Below, piece by piece: positions 40,250-50,516 of a stretch of DNA of 64,000 bases. Each line of letters opens with the position of its first letter. Within the stretch, counting starts at the first letter, position 1. The translations under genes were made by a program, and so were the position numbers. Source of the DNA: Leptospira sp. (lineage in GTDB: Bacteria > Spirochaetota > Leptospiria > Leptospirales > Leptospiraceae); NCBI GenBank assembly GCA_034439575.1, contig JAWXAQ010000033.1, positions 96,001-160,000 on the forward strand, read 5' to 3'. The notes under the pieces were generated by a model. The model saw nothing but the letters and a program-made list of their open reading frames with translations. It had not been told where the DNA came from and made no database searches.

Positions 40250-41377
40250 TTAGTTTTGCATCATGCGGGCAAATTCTATATCTTTATAGTAGTGATTCAA
40301 AATATCTTTGTAATCAAAATTTTCCTTTGCCATCGCGTAACTTCCCCATTGAGAAAGACCCACACCATGACCGGAACCGGTTCCTTTCACAAAGAAAATT
40401 CCATCATCTTCACGGCGTATTCCGAATCGAGTTGATTTAATTTTTGAGGCGCCAAGTAGTTTTCTAAAATCAACAGCTTTGATTCTTTTTGTTCCCCTTG
40501 AGCCAATGATATCCATTTCATTCACACGCGCAGAAGTAAAACGAGTTGCAACGACTATATCTTGCACATCCCCTAGATTTAACCCAGCAAGGGCTGTGTT
40601 AATTTGAGTTTGAGTCAGTTTATCTTCCCATGCATAGTTTTCGCCTTCTTTGTCATAATCGGAGCGAACGCTCGTTAGATATTCAACCTTATTTCCCCAT
40701 ACGTTTAACGGGTCTTCGGTGATTCCACCACTATTGGAATGAAAAAAACTTTGGATAGGGCTACCATTAAAAACCAGAATGAGTCCTTGTGTGTCTTCTA
40801 CGGCACGAGTTGTGTTTTGGTTTTCTTTTGTAATGCCCTTGTATACTTGTGTGTTAGTCGTTGTATCTACATCGTAGGCTTGTTTTCTTTTTGCCATCAT
40901 CTCTCGAACAACATAAGTTCTAGCGCAAACCGCTTGGGCTTTCAAAGCTTCACTTGGCCAAGAAGCTGGAACTTCTGATGGAACCACAGACAAAAGATAT
41001 TCTTCCATATTGACTTCGTTGATGATAAGGACTTTTTGATTTGTAGGTTTGATTTTAATTTCACCACGATACTTCGCACCTTTGTATTCTATATAATCTC
41101 CAGTGGAAGAAATTCGAATTGGTGCTTTGATGAGAGTAGGGTCCATGCTCAAAAATTCGTAAGCTTTTTTCATTAATAAATCATTGGCATCATAAACTTC
41201 TATGGTTCCATTTGATTTAAAATTTTCCTCATTAGTGGCTTCAGAGAGTAAAACTCTAACTTTAGAGAAGCCTTGCGATGAATCTGAGGGAACCCAAGTG
41301 GAAACGACCATCGTATGACAACCGATAACGCCAAGTAAGGATAAAGTCAAAGTTGCGGATATCCGTGCGAATTTCAT
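40250..41377 (-). CDS. SpoIID/LytB-domain lytic transglycosylase (lipoprotein)
   Basis: EEYLLSVVPSE, EALKAQAVCARTY, QVYKG, GHGVGLSQWG. Confidence 0.92.
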   Translation of the reverse strand: MKFARISATLTLSLLGVIGCHTMVVSTWVPSDSSQGFSKVRVLLSEATNEENFKSNGTIEVYDANDLLMKKAYEFLSMDPTLIKAPIRISSTGDYIEYKGAKYRGEIKIKPTNQKVLIINEVNMEEYLLSVVPSEVPASWPSEALKAQAVCARTYVVREMMAKRKQAYDVDTTTNTQVYKGITKENQNTTRAVEDTQGLILVFNGSPIQSFFHSNSGGITEDPLNVWGNKVEYLTSVRSDYDKEGENYAWEDKLTQTQINTALAGLNLGDVQDIVVATRFTSARVNEMDIIGSRGTKRIKAVDFRKLLGASKIKSTRFGIRREDDGIFFVKGTGSGHGVGLSQWGSYAMAKENFDYKDILNHYYKDIEFARMMQN

Positions 41378-41434
41378 AATTCCTCTCTCATTAGAGAAAT
41401 CGGCTGATTTAGAAAATTTCCTTTTAAAAAAACC

Positions 41435-42751
41435 TTAAACTTTTCTTTGAAAATGTATCACAGATTCGCAGTGCGGTGTATGCGGATAGGGATCAATCAA
41501 AAGTGCCGAAATGGGATGATAGGAACTGAGGAATTGTTTCACATCTTCTAATTGGGAGTATGGATTACAGGATACATAAAAGATGTCTTTGGGTCCAAAC
41601 TCTTTTAGCCATTGGTTGACCTTGGATCCAGCTCCTGCACGCGGGGGATCAAGGATTAGAACTCCGTCAAGATCAGGCACAAGGCCTGATAGGTCTTGGA
41701 ATAAATTCACAACCGATGCTTCAATTTGTGCTTTTGGAAATCTTTTTAATAATCCATTTTTTGCAATTTGTATAGAAGAAGGCGTTTGCTCATAACAACG
41801 AATCGTCGAAAAGTCTGATCCAAGTAGAATCGAAAAAAAACCGTTTCCGCAGAACAAATCGGTAAATGTAGATTTGTTTTCGGGTAATTTATTTTCTATG
41901 AATTGAATGATGGGTAAAAAACCCAATGGGTTTGGTTGAAAAAAAGAATCAAAAGGGATTTCAAAATTGATTCCTGATATCGTTTCCAAAAATGTTTCTT
42001 TTCCTCTCAGGATTTCCGAACGCCCCATCGCCGACACTTCCGATTTTACTCTGTTATAGCAAAGGATGATATTATTGGCGGTTAAATATTTGAGGGTTAA
42101 TTCTTTGAAGGATTGAAAATCGGCCTGGTTTTGGAATCCTTCCGTAAAAGTTAATATACTAATATTATCATCCGTAAATATTGATTTTCGAATAGTAATG
42201 TATTTTAGTCCTCCATTTTCACTTCTTCTGTCCCAAGGATAATGCGGAAAATCATTGATTAATTGGTTGAATTGTTTGAGTTCGAGATTGGCCCATTCTG
42301 ATTGAATTTTGCAATCTTCAATCGCAATGACCCTTCGAAAATTTCCGCGAGCTCTTAGCCCAACTGTTGGACCAGGAAAAACGCTAAAGTCCATGCGAGA
42401 TCTATAATTAAATATTTCGGAAGCCGTTATCGTTTCAAATGAAATGCCCAATTGATCCGAGAAAAGTTTTATGATAGGTTCAAATTTTAAATTACATTGT
42501 TGGAGGTAAGGTATGTGTTGGCCAGCACAGCCACCACACTCTGTAAAATGATCACATTTAACTTCTGAACGTGATACTTTTTCAATGAAATCGACTAGAC
42601 GATAACGACCTGGTCTTGATTTTTTTTTAATGAGTTCAACAGAAACCACATCACCAGGTAAAGTATATGGATAAGATATGGATCTTCCGTTAGGTGATAT
42701 TCCAACACCTAGGAATTCGTTTGTCAAGGAATGAATCTGAATTTGTTCCAA
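41435..42751 (-). CDS. RNA (uracil-5-)-methyltransferase, RlmD/TrmA family
   Basis: C.HF..CGGC, YR.R, SFFQPN, DLFCGNG, LDPPRAG, YVSCNP, TPHCE. Confidence 0.9.
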   Translation of the reverse strand: MEQIQIHSLTNEFLGVGISPNGRSISYPYTLPGDVVSVELIKKKSRPGRYRLVDFIEKVSRSEVKCDHFTECGGCAGQHIPYLQQCNLKFEPIIKLFSDQLGISFETITASEIFNYRSRMDFSVFPGPTVGLRARGNFRRVIAIEDCKIQSEWANLELKQFNQLINDFPHYPWDRRSENGGLKYITIRKSIFTDDNISILTFTEGFQNQADFQSFKELTLKYLTANNIILCYNRVKSEVSAMGRSEILRGKETFLETISGINFEIPFDSFFQPNPLGFLPIIQFIENKLPENKSTFTDLFCGNGFFSILLGSDFSTIRCYEQTPSSIQIAKNGLLKRFPKAQIEASVVNLFQDLSGLVPDLDGVLILDPPRAGAGSKVNQWLKEFGPKDIFYVSCNPYSQLEDVKQFLSSYHPISALLIDPYPHTPHCESVIHFQRKV

Positions 42752-42797
42752 TGTTTTATTCTTGCCAATGATTCTAGTTTTTTATACAGTTTCTCAC

Positions 42798-44852
42798 ATG
42801 GTTTCAAAGTATAGGCCCTTTTTTATTTGTTTTACAATCCCACTATTTTTTGTTTCGCTTCAGAATTTATCTGCACAAGTTCTATTCACGAAGCAAATAT
42901 TAGATTTAAGGTCCGAAACTAGTTTCGGATCCCCAGGGCAAAAATGGAGCTTTCGACCTGGTGATTCACCGCTCGTTACTACTAATCTTCCAAATGATGA
43001 AGACGATGATCCTGAATTTGAAGAAGTTCATCCGCTTCAATTTTCCAATGCGATGCCCATTTTATCCGATGAAGTTCGAACCGGTTGGATTTCTGGATTT
43101 GCCATACAATCTTCCTGGGATAAAGTGAAGGATGGTGATGGTGAAATTTATTTTCCCGATTTTAATGAATTCAAATCAAAATACAAGGGCTATGCTTGGT
43201 ATAGAACAGAGATTAATATAAGTAAAGAAGACATTAAATCAAAATTTAAGTCTCGTTATCTGACACTAAGGCTCGGGCAAATTAGTCAGGCGGATGCTAT
43301 TTATTGGAATGGTCATTTTATTGGAAGTACAGGTCTTTCCCTAGATACTCCACCTAATACAGAATTAGAAGATAAATCTCTCTTTTCTGATAAAACCAGA
43401 TTTTATCGCATACCTGTAGGCCAGATTCGAACTGATGAAACGAATATTCTATCCATTCGTGTTTATGCGAAGTATCCAATAAGCCCCGGTTTATCTCATG
43501 ATAAATTTTATATCTCCTCGCAAAAATATTCTGAGAGAGCAGAATATTGGAATGATTTCAAAAAAATATTTGTAATCGTACTCACATTGTTACTTGGAAG
43601 TTTTTATTTATATTGGCAATTTCTTTTTAGAAAAGATGAACATGCGACAATTTATTTTTCTCTTGGTTCTATATTCATGGCGATCAATACTTTGTTCCAA
43701 AGCCAAATCATTTATTCCATTGTAAACGATGGATTCTTTATTAAAAAAATTGAATATGGATCTTGGATCGCATTAGTTCATTTTCTATTTAATTTTGTTG
43801 TACAATTTGCGAAAGTACACAAAGGATGGATACGAAAAGCAAACTACATCGTAGATGGCTTAGGCATTATAACATTTGTAAGTGTATTTTTTATACCTGA
43901 TTTATTTTTACTCTCAAAGTTTTTCTTTTTATGGTCATTTATCACGATTATACTTGGACTTTCCCTTTGTTATATTATCTTTCTTGGTAGAAAAATTCCT
44001 TCCATGGGAACCGTTTCTTTCGGAATTTTCATAATGATTAGTTTGATACTCAATGATGTATTCGTTGAATTACAATGGGAATGGTATCCAGGTGAAACAT
44101 TTGTCAAAGATTATGCGTTTGCTGGTTTTTCAATCTCTGTAGCTTTATCAATTATTGCTAATATGGTTCAATCAAGAAAAATGGTTGAGAAACAAAAGGA
44201 AGAGAAAGATAGATTATCCAGATATTTTTCGCCTGAAGTTATGGAGACTATAGTAAATGATAGCATCAAATTAGGTGGCGAAGAAAGAGATATTGCCACT
44301 CTATTTTCAGATATCGTTGGTTTTACGACTTTTTCAGAAAAAAATCCACCAGCCGTCGTGCTTGCAAATCTAAATACAATATTTGAATCCTTATCAGAGT
44401 TAATTTTCGATTATTCTGCCACCTTAGATAAGTTTATCGGTGATGCGATTATGGCTTTTTGGGGTGCTCCTAAACGAACAGATCTAGATGCTTATAATGC
44501 TATTTCTTGCGCTGTCGAAATGCAAAAACGAATGGTTAAAATCAATGAAGACCTTGGGCTTGCTCCTGGGACTTTTCGGTTGAGAATCGGGGTTAACTTT
44601 GGTGAGGCGATCGTAGGTAATATAGGCTCTGTGCGCCGAATGGATTATACTGTGATTGGAGATGCAGTCAATACCGCGGCAAGACTTGAAAGTCATGGGG
44701 TTCCGGGTAAGGTCGCTGTCTCAGAAGCGGCTTTTCTTGCCGCAGGCGGTGATAAGTTTTTACGATATGATGAATCGAGAGAGATTCTATTAAAAGGGAA
44801 GGCAGAGCCAGTTAAGGTCTATTTTGTGAATGAGGTCTTGCCAAGAGACTAG
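42798..44852 (+). CDS. Membrane adenylate cyclase: extracytoplasmic jelly-roll domain + 7TM + class III cyclase
   Basis: GYAWYR, YWNG.FIG; about 7 TM helices; FSDIVGFT, DKFIGD, YTVIGDAVNTAARLE, LKGK. Confidence 0.9.
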   Translation: MVSKYRPFFICFTIPLFFVSLQNLSAQVLFTKQILDLRSETSFGSPGQKWSFRPGDSPLVTTNLPNDEDDDPEFEEVHPLQFSNAMPILSDEVRTGWISGFAIQSSWDKVKDGDGEIYFPDFNEFKSKYKGYAWYRTEINISKEDIKSKFKSRYLTLRLGQISQADAIYWNGHFIGSTGLSLDTPPNTELEDKSLFSDKTRFYRIPVGQIRTDETNILSIRVYAKYPISPGLSHDKFYISSQKYSERAEYWNDFKKIFVIVLTLLLGSFYLYWQFLFRKDEHATIYFSLGSIFMAINTLFQSQIIYSIVNDGFFIKKIEYGSWIALVHFLFNFVVQFAKVHKGWIRKANYIVDGLGIITFVSVFFIPDLFLLSKFFFLWSFITIILGLSLCYIIFLGRKIPSMGTVSFGIFIMISLILNDVFVELQWEWYPGETFVKDYAFAGFSISVALSIIANMVQSRKMVEKQKEEKDRLSRYFSPEVMETIVNDSIKLGGEERDIATLFSDIVGFTTFSEKNPPAVVLANLNTIFESLSELIFDYSATLDKFIGDAIMAFWGAPKRTDLDAYNAISCAVEMQKRMVKINEDLGLAPGTFRLRIGVNFGEAIVGNIGSVRRMDYTVIGDAVNTAARLESHGVPGKVAVSEAAFLAAGGDKFLRYDESREILLKGKAEPVKVYFVNEVLPRD

Positions 44853-44881
44853 GAAGAAGTTAATTATGTCGCATTAAATTT

Positions 44882-44945
44882 GGGCTCCCCCGCCCGAGTT
44901 TGGGTGGAGGGGTGAGGATCGTGGGCGGTGCGGATTTCCCTCCTA
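44882..44945. repeat. GC-rich structured intergenic element between convergent genes (possible REP-like repeat, terminator or sRNA)
   Basis: GGGCTCCCCCGCCCGAGTTTGGGTGGAGGGGTGAGGATCGTGGGCGGTGCGGATTTCCCTCC in AT-rich context; several complementary segments; single copy in this window. Confidence 0.45.
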
Positions 44946-45030
44946 ACACAAATTTCATTTTAACTCAAATCAGATTTCACTTTTTGGCTTTTTTTTGAAA
45001 AAACATTCGCTCTTCAGACTGATTTACGTC

Positions 45031-45747
45031 TCAATTTTTTTTTAACCAAAATTTCCTATTCGTTTCAGGCAATTTCTCTATCGCATAACGTAGCATAGTT
45101 CTAGGCATGGACATAGAATGTTGATTTAAAAAATTTAATAGGATTTTTTTATCACGGTTGCCGATTTCACGTAACATCCAACCTGTCGCCTTATGAATTA
45201 AATCATGTTTATGGGTAAGTAATCTCTCGCACATTTTGATCGTGTCGTCGAATTGGTTTTGACGAATAAAATAAAATGTAGACATCACTCCAATTCTATT
45301 TTCCCATAGGTCGTTGGATTTTGTTAGTTTATGAAGGAATTTGCGGTCATGATTGAAATAATAATGACCAAGAATTTTATCAGCGGAAGAATCCACCAAA
45401 TCCCAGTTATTGATTCGATGCATTTTTGAATTATACACTTTTACCAAATTCGACCTATCAATATCTGTTTTTGCAATTTTTTGATATTGATTCACCAATA
45501 AAAAAATTGCCGTTAGACGAACTTCATGATATTTGTTATCAAGTAGATTCGAAATTTCATTTTCGGAGACTATCTTATAATACTTGTTTGCGATTTTTTT
45601 TTGTTTAGGAACTGTGACTCCCATAAAAAAATCACCATGACCATATTCCCCAGGCGCTGTCTTAAAAAACCTAGGAAAAAATTCCGCTTTCTTTATATCT
45701 TTGTTTTCTAATAATTCGTTTACTATCTGTTCTTCAATTGGTATCAT
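45031..45747 (-). CDS. DNA alkylation repair protein (AlkD-like)
   Basis: FFKTAPGEYG.GD.F.GV.VP, NNWDLVD, LWENR, HKATGWMLRE, RTMLRYAIE. Confidence 0.9.
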   Translation of the reverse strand: MIPIEEQIVNELLENKDIKKAEFFPRFFKTAPGEYGHGDFFMGVTVPKQKKIANKYYKIVSENEISNLLDNKYHEVRLTAIFLLVNQYQKIAKTDIDRSNLVKVYNSKMHRINNWDLVDSSADKILGHYYFNHDRKFLHKLTKSNDLWENRIGVMSTFYFIRQNQFDDTIKMCERLLTHKHDLIHKATGWMLREIGNRDKKILLNFLNQHSMSMPRTMLRYAIEKLPETNRKFWLKKN

Positions 45748-46034
45748 GATTGTATAGTTACTGTTAGTCCTTCCGCATTCATCCCATCGTACACAGTTTC
45801 ACATTCTTCTAATGAGCCGACAAAACATATCGCCTTTCCGTTGCTATGTGCCTCCATTGCAATTCTTTTTGCTTCTCGTTTTGTTTTGTAGCATATTTTC
45901 ATAATACAATCTTCTACATGTGAAAATTCATTTATCGTATCATTGTGCAAAATTACTTTTTGAAAATAAATATTCTCACGATCGATGAGGATTTCATCTT
46001 CTATGAGGATATCTATTTTACGAATTGGGTTCAT
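45744..46034 (-). CDS. clpS: ATP-dependent Clp protease adaptor ClpS
   Basis: VILHND, AMEAHSNGKA, GLTVTI. Confidence 0.8.
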   Translation of the reverse strand: MNPIRKIDILIEDEILIDRENIYFQKVILHNDTINEFSHVEDCIMKICYKTKREAKRIAMEAHSNGKAICFVGSLEECETVYDGMNAEGLTVTIQS

Positions 46035-47536
46035 TAGAATAAACTTTCAGTATTCCCTTGTAATTTTGAAACATACTCAAGATAAGCATTCATTTTAAAT
46101 TTTTTCTTAGTGGAATCGGATGACATATAGCGTATATTTCCAAATACATTTCTTTCTGGAAACCAAGGTCTGTCAAATAGTCCAAAACACCAAAGTATGC
46201 CTGTATAAGAATTTGGATTCCGCCCATCATAGGCATATTTATTATTTAAATATTCCATAGTATTAAATGCATCTTCAAAAGAAACAGACCATTCAATTAT
46301 TTTTTTACCCCATAACATTCGCATATAATTATGCATACGACCTGTGATTTTCAATTCATTCTGTGCTGCATTCCAAAGGGGATCATGAGTTTTTGCGGCT
46401 TCCCAATCCGCTCGGGCATAAATATATTCTCTTTTGTCATTTACATGTTGGCTTAAATTTTTTTTGACCCAATCTGGTAAATTTTCAATCCCTATCCGAA
46501 AACCTGGATGTTTAAAGAAAAATAAATATCCGATATCTCTCCAGGTGATCAATTCATCTAAGAAATGATTAACGGAAAGTGATTTTGAAAAAAAAGTATC
46601 ACGTTCTCCAGGTTTATTATGAGAAAGAGCTTCGATATCTATGCCATCTGGATAAACAGAATCCAATACGGATTTAACTATTTCTTCTGAACTAATGTAT
46701 CCGAAGTGTAAATATGGTGATAAAGAACTTACGGATGTTATTTTTTGATCATTCGGTTTGGAACGTTCTTCTAAATAGCTGGGTAATTTTTCTTTGATGA
46801 AATCTTTTAAAAGCTTCAGAGCAATTTTTCTTCCACCTATTGTACTATCATATGGTAATACATCTGCTTCAAATGTGAATTCGTTTAAATAAGAATCCAA
46901 ATTTTCTTTGGTAATTTCGAAACTTTTGAAAGGAGGTTTCGTTCCCAAATTCGTATCCAAAAAATCATTAGAAGAATGTTTGTGTTTTGCAAATTTGAAA
47001 AAGTATTCTGGAAATTTTTTATGAATCCATACTCTTAGAATTCTTGCTGCACTTGCAAATTTTTCAAATTGTGAAAATGGAATCACAGAATTTCCATCTA
47101 CAGCTAACATTGCACATTCTATTTTTTTTGCTAATTTTTCAGATTGTTCTGGAATGATAAAACAAGGAAAGTCATCTGTGATCACAGTGCTTGCCTTATT
47201 TGCAATTTTTTTTAAAATACCAATTGCACTTTGATTTTTGTCTTCGACAAACGACCAATAGTTGATGCCTAACCTAAGAGCTTCACTACGATTCTCTATC
47301 ATACCTTCCAATATAAATTTATGAATTCTCTTAGAATTCCAAGGGTAATCTTTGCGCAAACCTTCATAGACTATCAATTCTTTCTTTTGGGATTTTGCTA
47401 AATGTAAGGCATAACTAAAAGCATGATTGGAATCAAAACGTCGATAAGCTTGCATCCAATAGAGAATATATTTGCCATTGTCGTTTACAGGTAATGAATT
47501 CAAACGGCGAATTCTTTCCTTAGGGGTATTCATCAT
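46034..47536 (-). CDS. phr: Deoxyribodipyrimidine photolyase (class II CPD)
   Basis: YWM, SSLSPYLHFG, THDPLWNAAQ, MHNYMRMLWGKKI, DGRNPNSY. Confidence 0.92.
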   Translation of the reverse strand: MMNTPKERIRRLNSLPVNDNGKYILYWMQAYRRFDSNHAFSYALHLAKSQKKELIVYEGLRKDYPWNSKRIHKFILEGMIENRSEALRLGINYWSFVEDKNQSAIGILKKIANKASTVITDDFPCFIIPEQSEKLAKKIECAMLAVDGNSVIPFSQFEKFASAARILRVWIHKKFPEYFFKFAKHKHSSNDFLDTNLGTKPPFKSFEITKENLDSYLNEFTFEADVLPYDSTIGGRKIALKLLKDFIKEKLPSYLEERSKPNDQKITSVSSLSPYLHFGYISSEEIVKSVLDSVYPDGIDIEALSHNKPGERDTFFSKSLSVNHFLDELITWRDIGYLFFFKHPGFRIGIENLPDWVKKNLSQHVNDKREYIYARADWEAAKTHDPLWNAAQNELKITGRMHNYMRMLWGKKIIEWSVSFEDAFNTMEYLNNKYAYDGRNPNSYTGILWCFGLFDRPWFPERNVFGNIRYMSSDSTKKKFKMNAYLEYVSKLQGNTESLF

Positions 47537-47754
47537 GTCTATTAGATGACAAAGAATTGAGTTCTTGAAATAAAAAGTAAATTAAAGTATTGTTTAGATA
47601 AACGAGCAAAATGCTCATATTATATACAATATGCCTTTTGAATCTGGAAATTGTGTGTGAACGATAATTTAATTTTCCATGCTAATTGGGCAGAATGAAG
47701 GCTTTCTAAGCATTCAGATTTTTTTTTCTCTCATCTTGCCTATTTTTTACGTTT

Positions 47755-47771
47755 TAGGTACCATTCTTGCA
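47755..47771 (+). promoter_or_regulatory. Sigma54 promoter of amtB-glnK
   Basis: TAGGTACCATTCTTGCA (GG-N10-GC), about 40 nt upstream of the amtB ATG. Confidence 0.7.
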
Positions 47772-47810
47772 AATTGGAAAGAGAAATATAAGGAAAGGAT
47801 TAATGGCAAT

Positions 47811-49202
47811 ATGAAAACACATTTCAAAAAAATAGCCCTCCTGCTCCTGGTCGCTCCGATGTTCCTTTTCGCAGATGAACCTGCAAAGGCCGTAGACCCA
47901 GTTGCAGAAAAACTCGCAGCAATTGACACTCTCAAAGTAGGACTTGACACATTATGGGTGCTAGTTGCTGGAATGCTAGTGTTCTTTATGAACGCAGGTT
48001 TCGCATTAGTAGAATCTGGATTCTGTCAGGCAAAAAATACAGTAAATATCCTCGCGAAAAACTTTGTCGTTTTTGCAGCGGCAACTTTTTCATATTGGGC
48101 AATTGGTTGGGGACTTATGTTCGGTGATGGTTCAAGTCCATACCTAGCTACTGAAGGTTTGTTCTTTCTTGGTGGCGCCGACAACTCTCCGTTAACTGGA
48201 GATGCATATGCTGGGGTTTATTCGTCTATGAATTGGACGGGTGTTCCATTGCTTGCGAAATTTTTCTTTCAGTTAGTATTTGCTGCGACTGCCGCAACGA
48301 TTGTTTCTGGAGCTGTAGCTGAAAGAATTAAATTTCATTCATTTTTGATCTTCTCTTTTATCCTGGTCGCTTTTATGTATCCATTTACTGGTCATTGGGT
48401 ATGGGGTGGTGGATGGCTTGCAGGTCTTGGATTTCATGACTTTGCTGGCTCTACTGTTGTGCACTCTGTTGGTGGATGGGCAGCACTTGCAGGAGCAATT
48501 GTTCTTGGCGCCAGGAAAGGAAAATTTCTTCCAGATGGCCGAATTAAACCGATACTCGGACATAACATGACTTCTGCGGCACTTGGAACTTTGATTCTTT
48601 GGCTCGGTTGGTTTGGATTTAACCCTGGTTCTACGATGGGTGTTGGTGATGGATCTGTCATGTCTCATGTGATCGTGACTACGAATATTTCAGCCGCCAT
48701 GGGAGCACTCGCTTCAACGATTACAGCATGGATCATTCTCAAAAAACCTGATCTTGGTATGATTCTTAATGGTACACTTGCGGGTCTTGTAGGAATTACT
48801 GCTCCATGTGCGATTGTTAGTCCTGCTTCGGCAGCGATTATTGGAACTATCTCAGGTGTGTTAGTTGTTCTTTCAGTACTTTTCTTTGATAAAATGAAAA
48901 TTGATGACCCAGTCGGTGCTACTTCCGTTCACTTAGTTTGCGGGATTTGGGGAACATTAGCAGTTGCTATATTTGGTTATGAAGGTTCACCTGCTGGTGT
49001 TGCCGTTCCATCAATTATGACTCAAATTTATGGAATCTTAGCCATCGGTGGTGTTACATTTGGTGTTTCTATGTTGCTCTGGACAGGACTTAAGTTTGCT
49101 GGTGGAATCAGAGTTAGTGAAGAAGAAGAAGTTACCGGTCTTGACCTTGGGGAACATGGTGCGGAAGCATACCCTGATTTTAACATTCGGGTACATGGTT
49201 AA
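47811..49202 (+). CDS. amtB: Ammonium transporter
   Basis: FFQLVFA, GAVAER, DFAGSTVVH, WFGFN, DDPVGA..VH; start placed downstream of the sigma54 promoter and AGGA SD. Confidence 0.96.
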   Translation: MKTHFKKIALLLLVAPMFLFADEPAKAVDPVAEKLAAIDTLKVGLDTLWVLVAGMLVFFMNAGFALVESGFCQAKNTVNILAKNFVVFAAATFSYWAIGWGLMFGDGSSPYLATEGLFFLGGADNSPLTGDAYAGVYSSMNWTGVPLLAKFFFQLVFAATAATIVSGAVAERIKFHSFLIFSFILVAFMYPFTGHWVWGGGWLAGLGFHDFAGSTVVHSVGGWAALAGAIVLGARKGKFLPDGRIKPILGHNMTSAALGTLILWLGWFGFNPGSTMGVGDGSVMSHVIVTTNISAAMGALASTITAWIILKKPDLGMILNGTLAGLVGITAPCAIVSPASAAIIGTISGVLVVLSVLFFDKMKIDDPVGATSVHLVCGIWGTLAVAIFGYEGSPAGVAVPSIMTQIYGILAIGGVTFGVSMLLWTGLKFAGGIRVSEEEEVTGLDLGEHGAEAYPDFNIRVHG

Positions 49203-49223
49203 TAGGTAAGGAGTAAAAATATT

Positions 49224-49568
49224 ATGAAGATGATCATTGCAATCATTCAACCGCATAAACTTGAAGAAGTGAAAGCGGAACTCACAAAAAACGAGATCTA
49301 TCGTTTAACAGTTTCTGATGTTCAAGGTTATGGCCAGCAGAAGGGTAAAACTGAAGTATTTCGTGGACACGAATATACTGTAAACCTACTAAGAAAAGTT
49401 AGGCTAGAAATTGCAGTAAATGATGAGTTCGTAAAGCCGACAGTAGATGCTATCCTTAAGGCAGCTAAAAACGGTGATGGTAAAATCGGAGACGGTAAAA
49501 TCTTCGTTATGCCATTGGAAGAAGTCATTCGAATCAGAACAGGTGAGAAGGGCAAAAGCGCCATCTAA
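49224..49568 (+). CDS. glnK: PII nitrogen regulatory protein
   Basis: GYGQQKG, RGHEY T-loop, GDGKIF, RIRTGE. Confidence 0.96.
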   Translation: MKMIIAIIQPHKLEEVKAELTKNEIYRLTVSDVQGYGQQKGKTEVFRGHEYTVNLLRKVRLEIAVNDEFVKPTVDAILKAAKNGDGKIGDGKIFVMPLEEVIRIRTGEKGKSAI

Positions 49569-49598
49569 GCAAATTCCTTACATTTTTAGGAAAATCGG

Positions 49599-49639
49599 AA
49601 ACGCAAGATTCTTCAATGGGAAGGGTCTTGCGTTTTTTT
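49599..49639 (+). terminator. Intrinsic terminator after glnK
   Basis: AAACGCAAGATTCTTC / GAAGGGTCTTGCGTTT hairpin plus T-run. Confidence 0.85.
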
Positions 49640-49706
49640 ATAGGTAATTTCCGCATATGTGGATTTCCGCCATTGAATCAAAATTTCATTATGCAATAAT
49701 ACTTTT

Positions 49707-50474
49707 ATGAAAATTGATTTTTTGCCTTATCCAGTCCAAATTCTTTTGATTAGCCTTACTTTACATCTAATTGGCAACTTGAATCTTTTTGCAGATTCCA
49801 CTCAAATGACTTTTGGAAATGCTTCCACATTGAGTCCTTCCACAAGGTCTATCTTATATGAATACGATAAAAAAGAGTCCTATTTGTTTGATGACAAACG
49901 ATTGGACCGAACATCCTATCCTATTGTGCAAACAAACATTAGTCTTTATTCCGGATGGTATTCCTTCCATGCCATAATATATGACGGTTCTAAAATTCAA
50001 TATTCAACGAGGGGCGAAAACGGGCGATACCAAAATTGTTATGGTGATGTTTGCCTTATATTAACAGATCGAAATATACTTGGTATCAGTAACTATGCAA
50101 CTGATTGGAGTAAAACTTCCTTTTATAATGAAGAATTATTTAAAACTAAATTCGGAAATAAAGCCGCCTTTGTCATCACCGAAAGAAGTGTTTATTTGTA
50201 CAATGGGTATTTGAATGAATGGACAAGGATAGGTTTGGAATCAGAGAGTGTAACGGGCGTCAGTAATAAAAATGATTTAGCGGTTATAGTAACTTCCAAA
50301 CGAATTTTTTACTTTAATTTAGTGGATGATGTTTTAAATGAAATTAGTGTGATCGCAAAACCCATTTATCGATATGAAATCAAAGAAGATACCATCGAAT
50401 GTTTTAGTTACGATCGAGTATTTCATTACCAAGGAAAAACAAATCAAATATCGGAATTCAGATTGGACAATTGA
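49707..50474 (+). CDS. Hypothetical exported beta-rich protein
   Basis: Signal peptide ending LFA; repeated (A)xVxTxKxxYxY strands. Confidence 0.65.
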   Translation: MKIDFLPYPVQILLISLTLHLIGNLNLFADSTQMTFGNASTLSPSTRSILYEYDKKESYLFDDKRLDRTSYPIVQTNISLYSGWYSFHAIIYDGSKIQYSTRGENGRYQNCYGDVCLILTDRNILGISNYATDWSKTSFYNEELFKTKFGNKAAFVITERSVYLYNGYLNEWTRIGLESESVTGVSNKNDLAVIVTSKRIFYFNLVDDVLNEISVIAKPIYRYEIKEDTIECFSYDRVFHYQGKTNQISEFRLDN

Positions 50475-50516
50475 TCAGCGATTAAATTTTAAAATTGATT
50501 AACAGGCGCTAATAAA

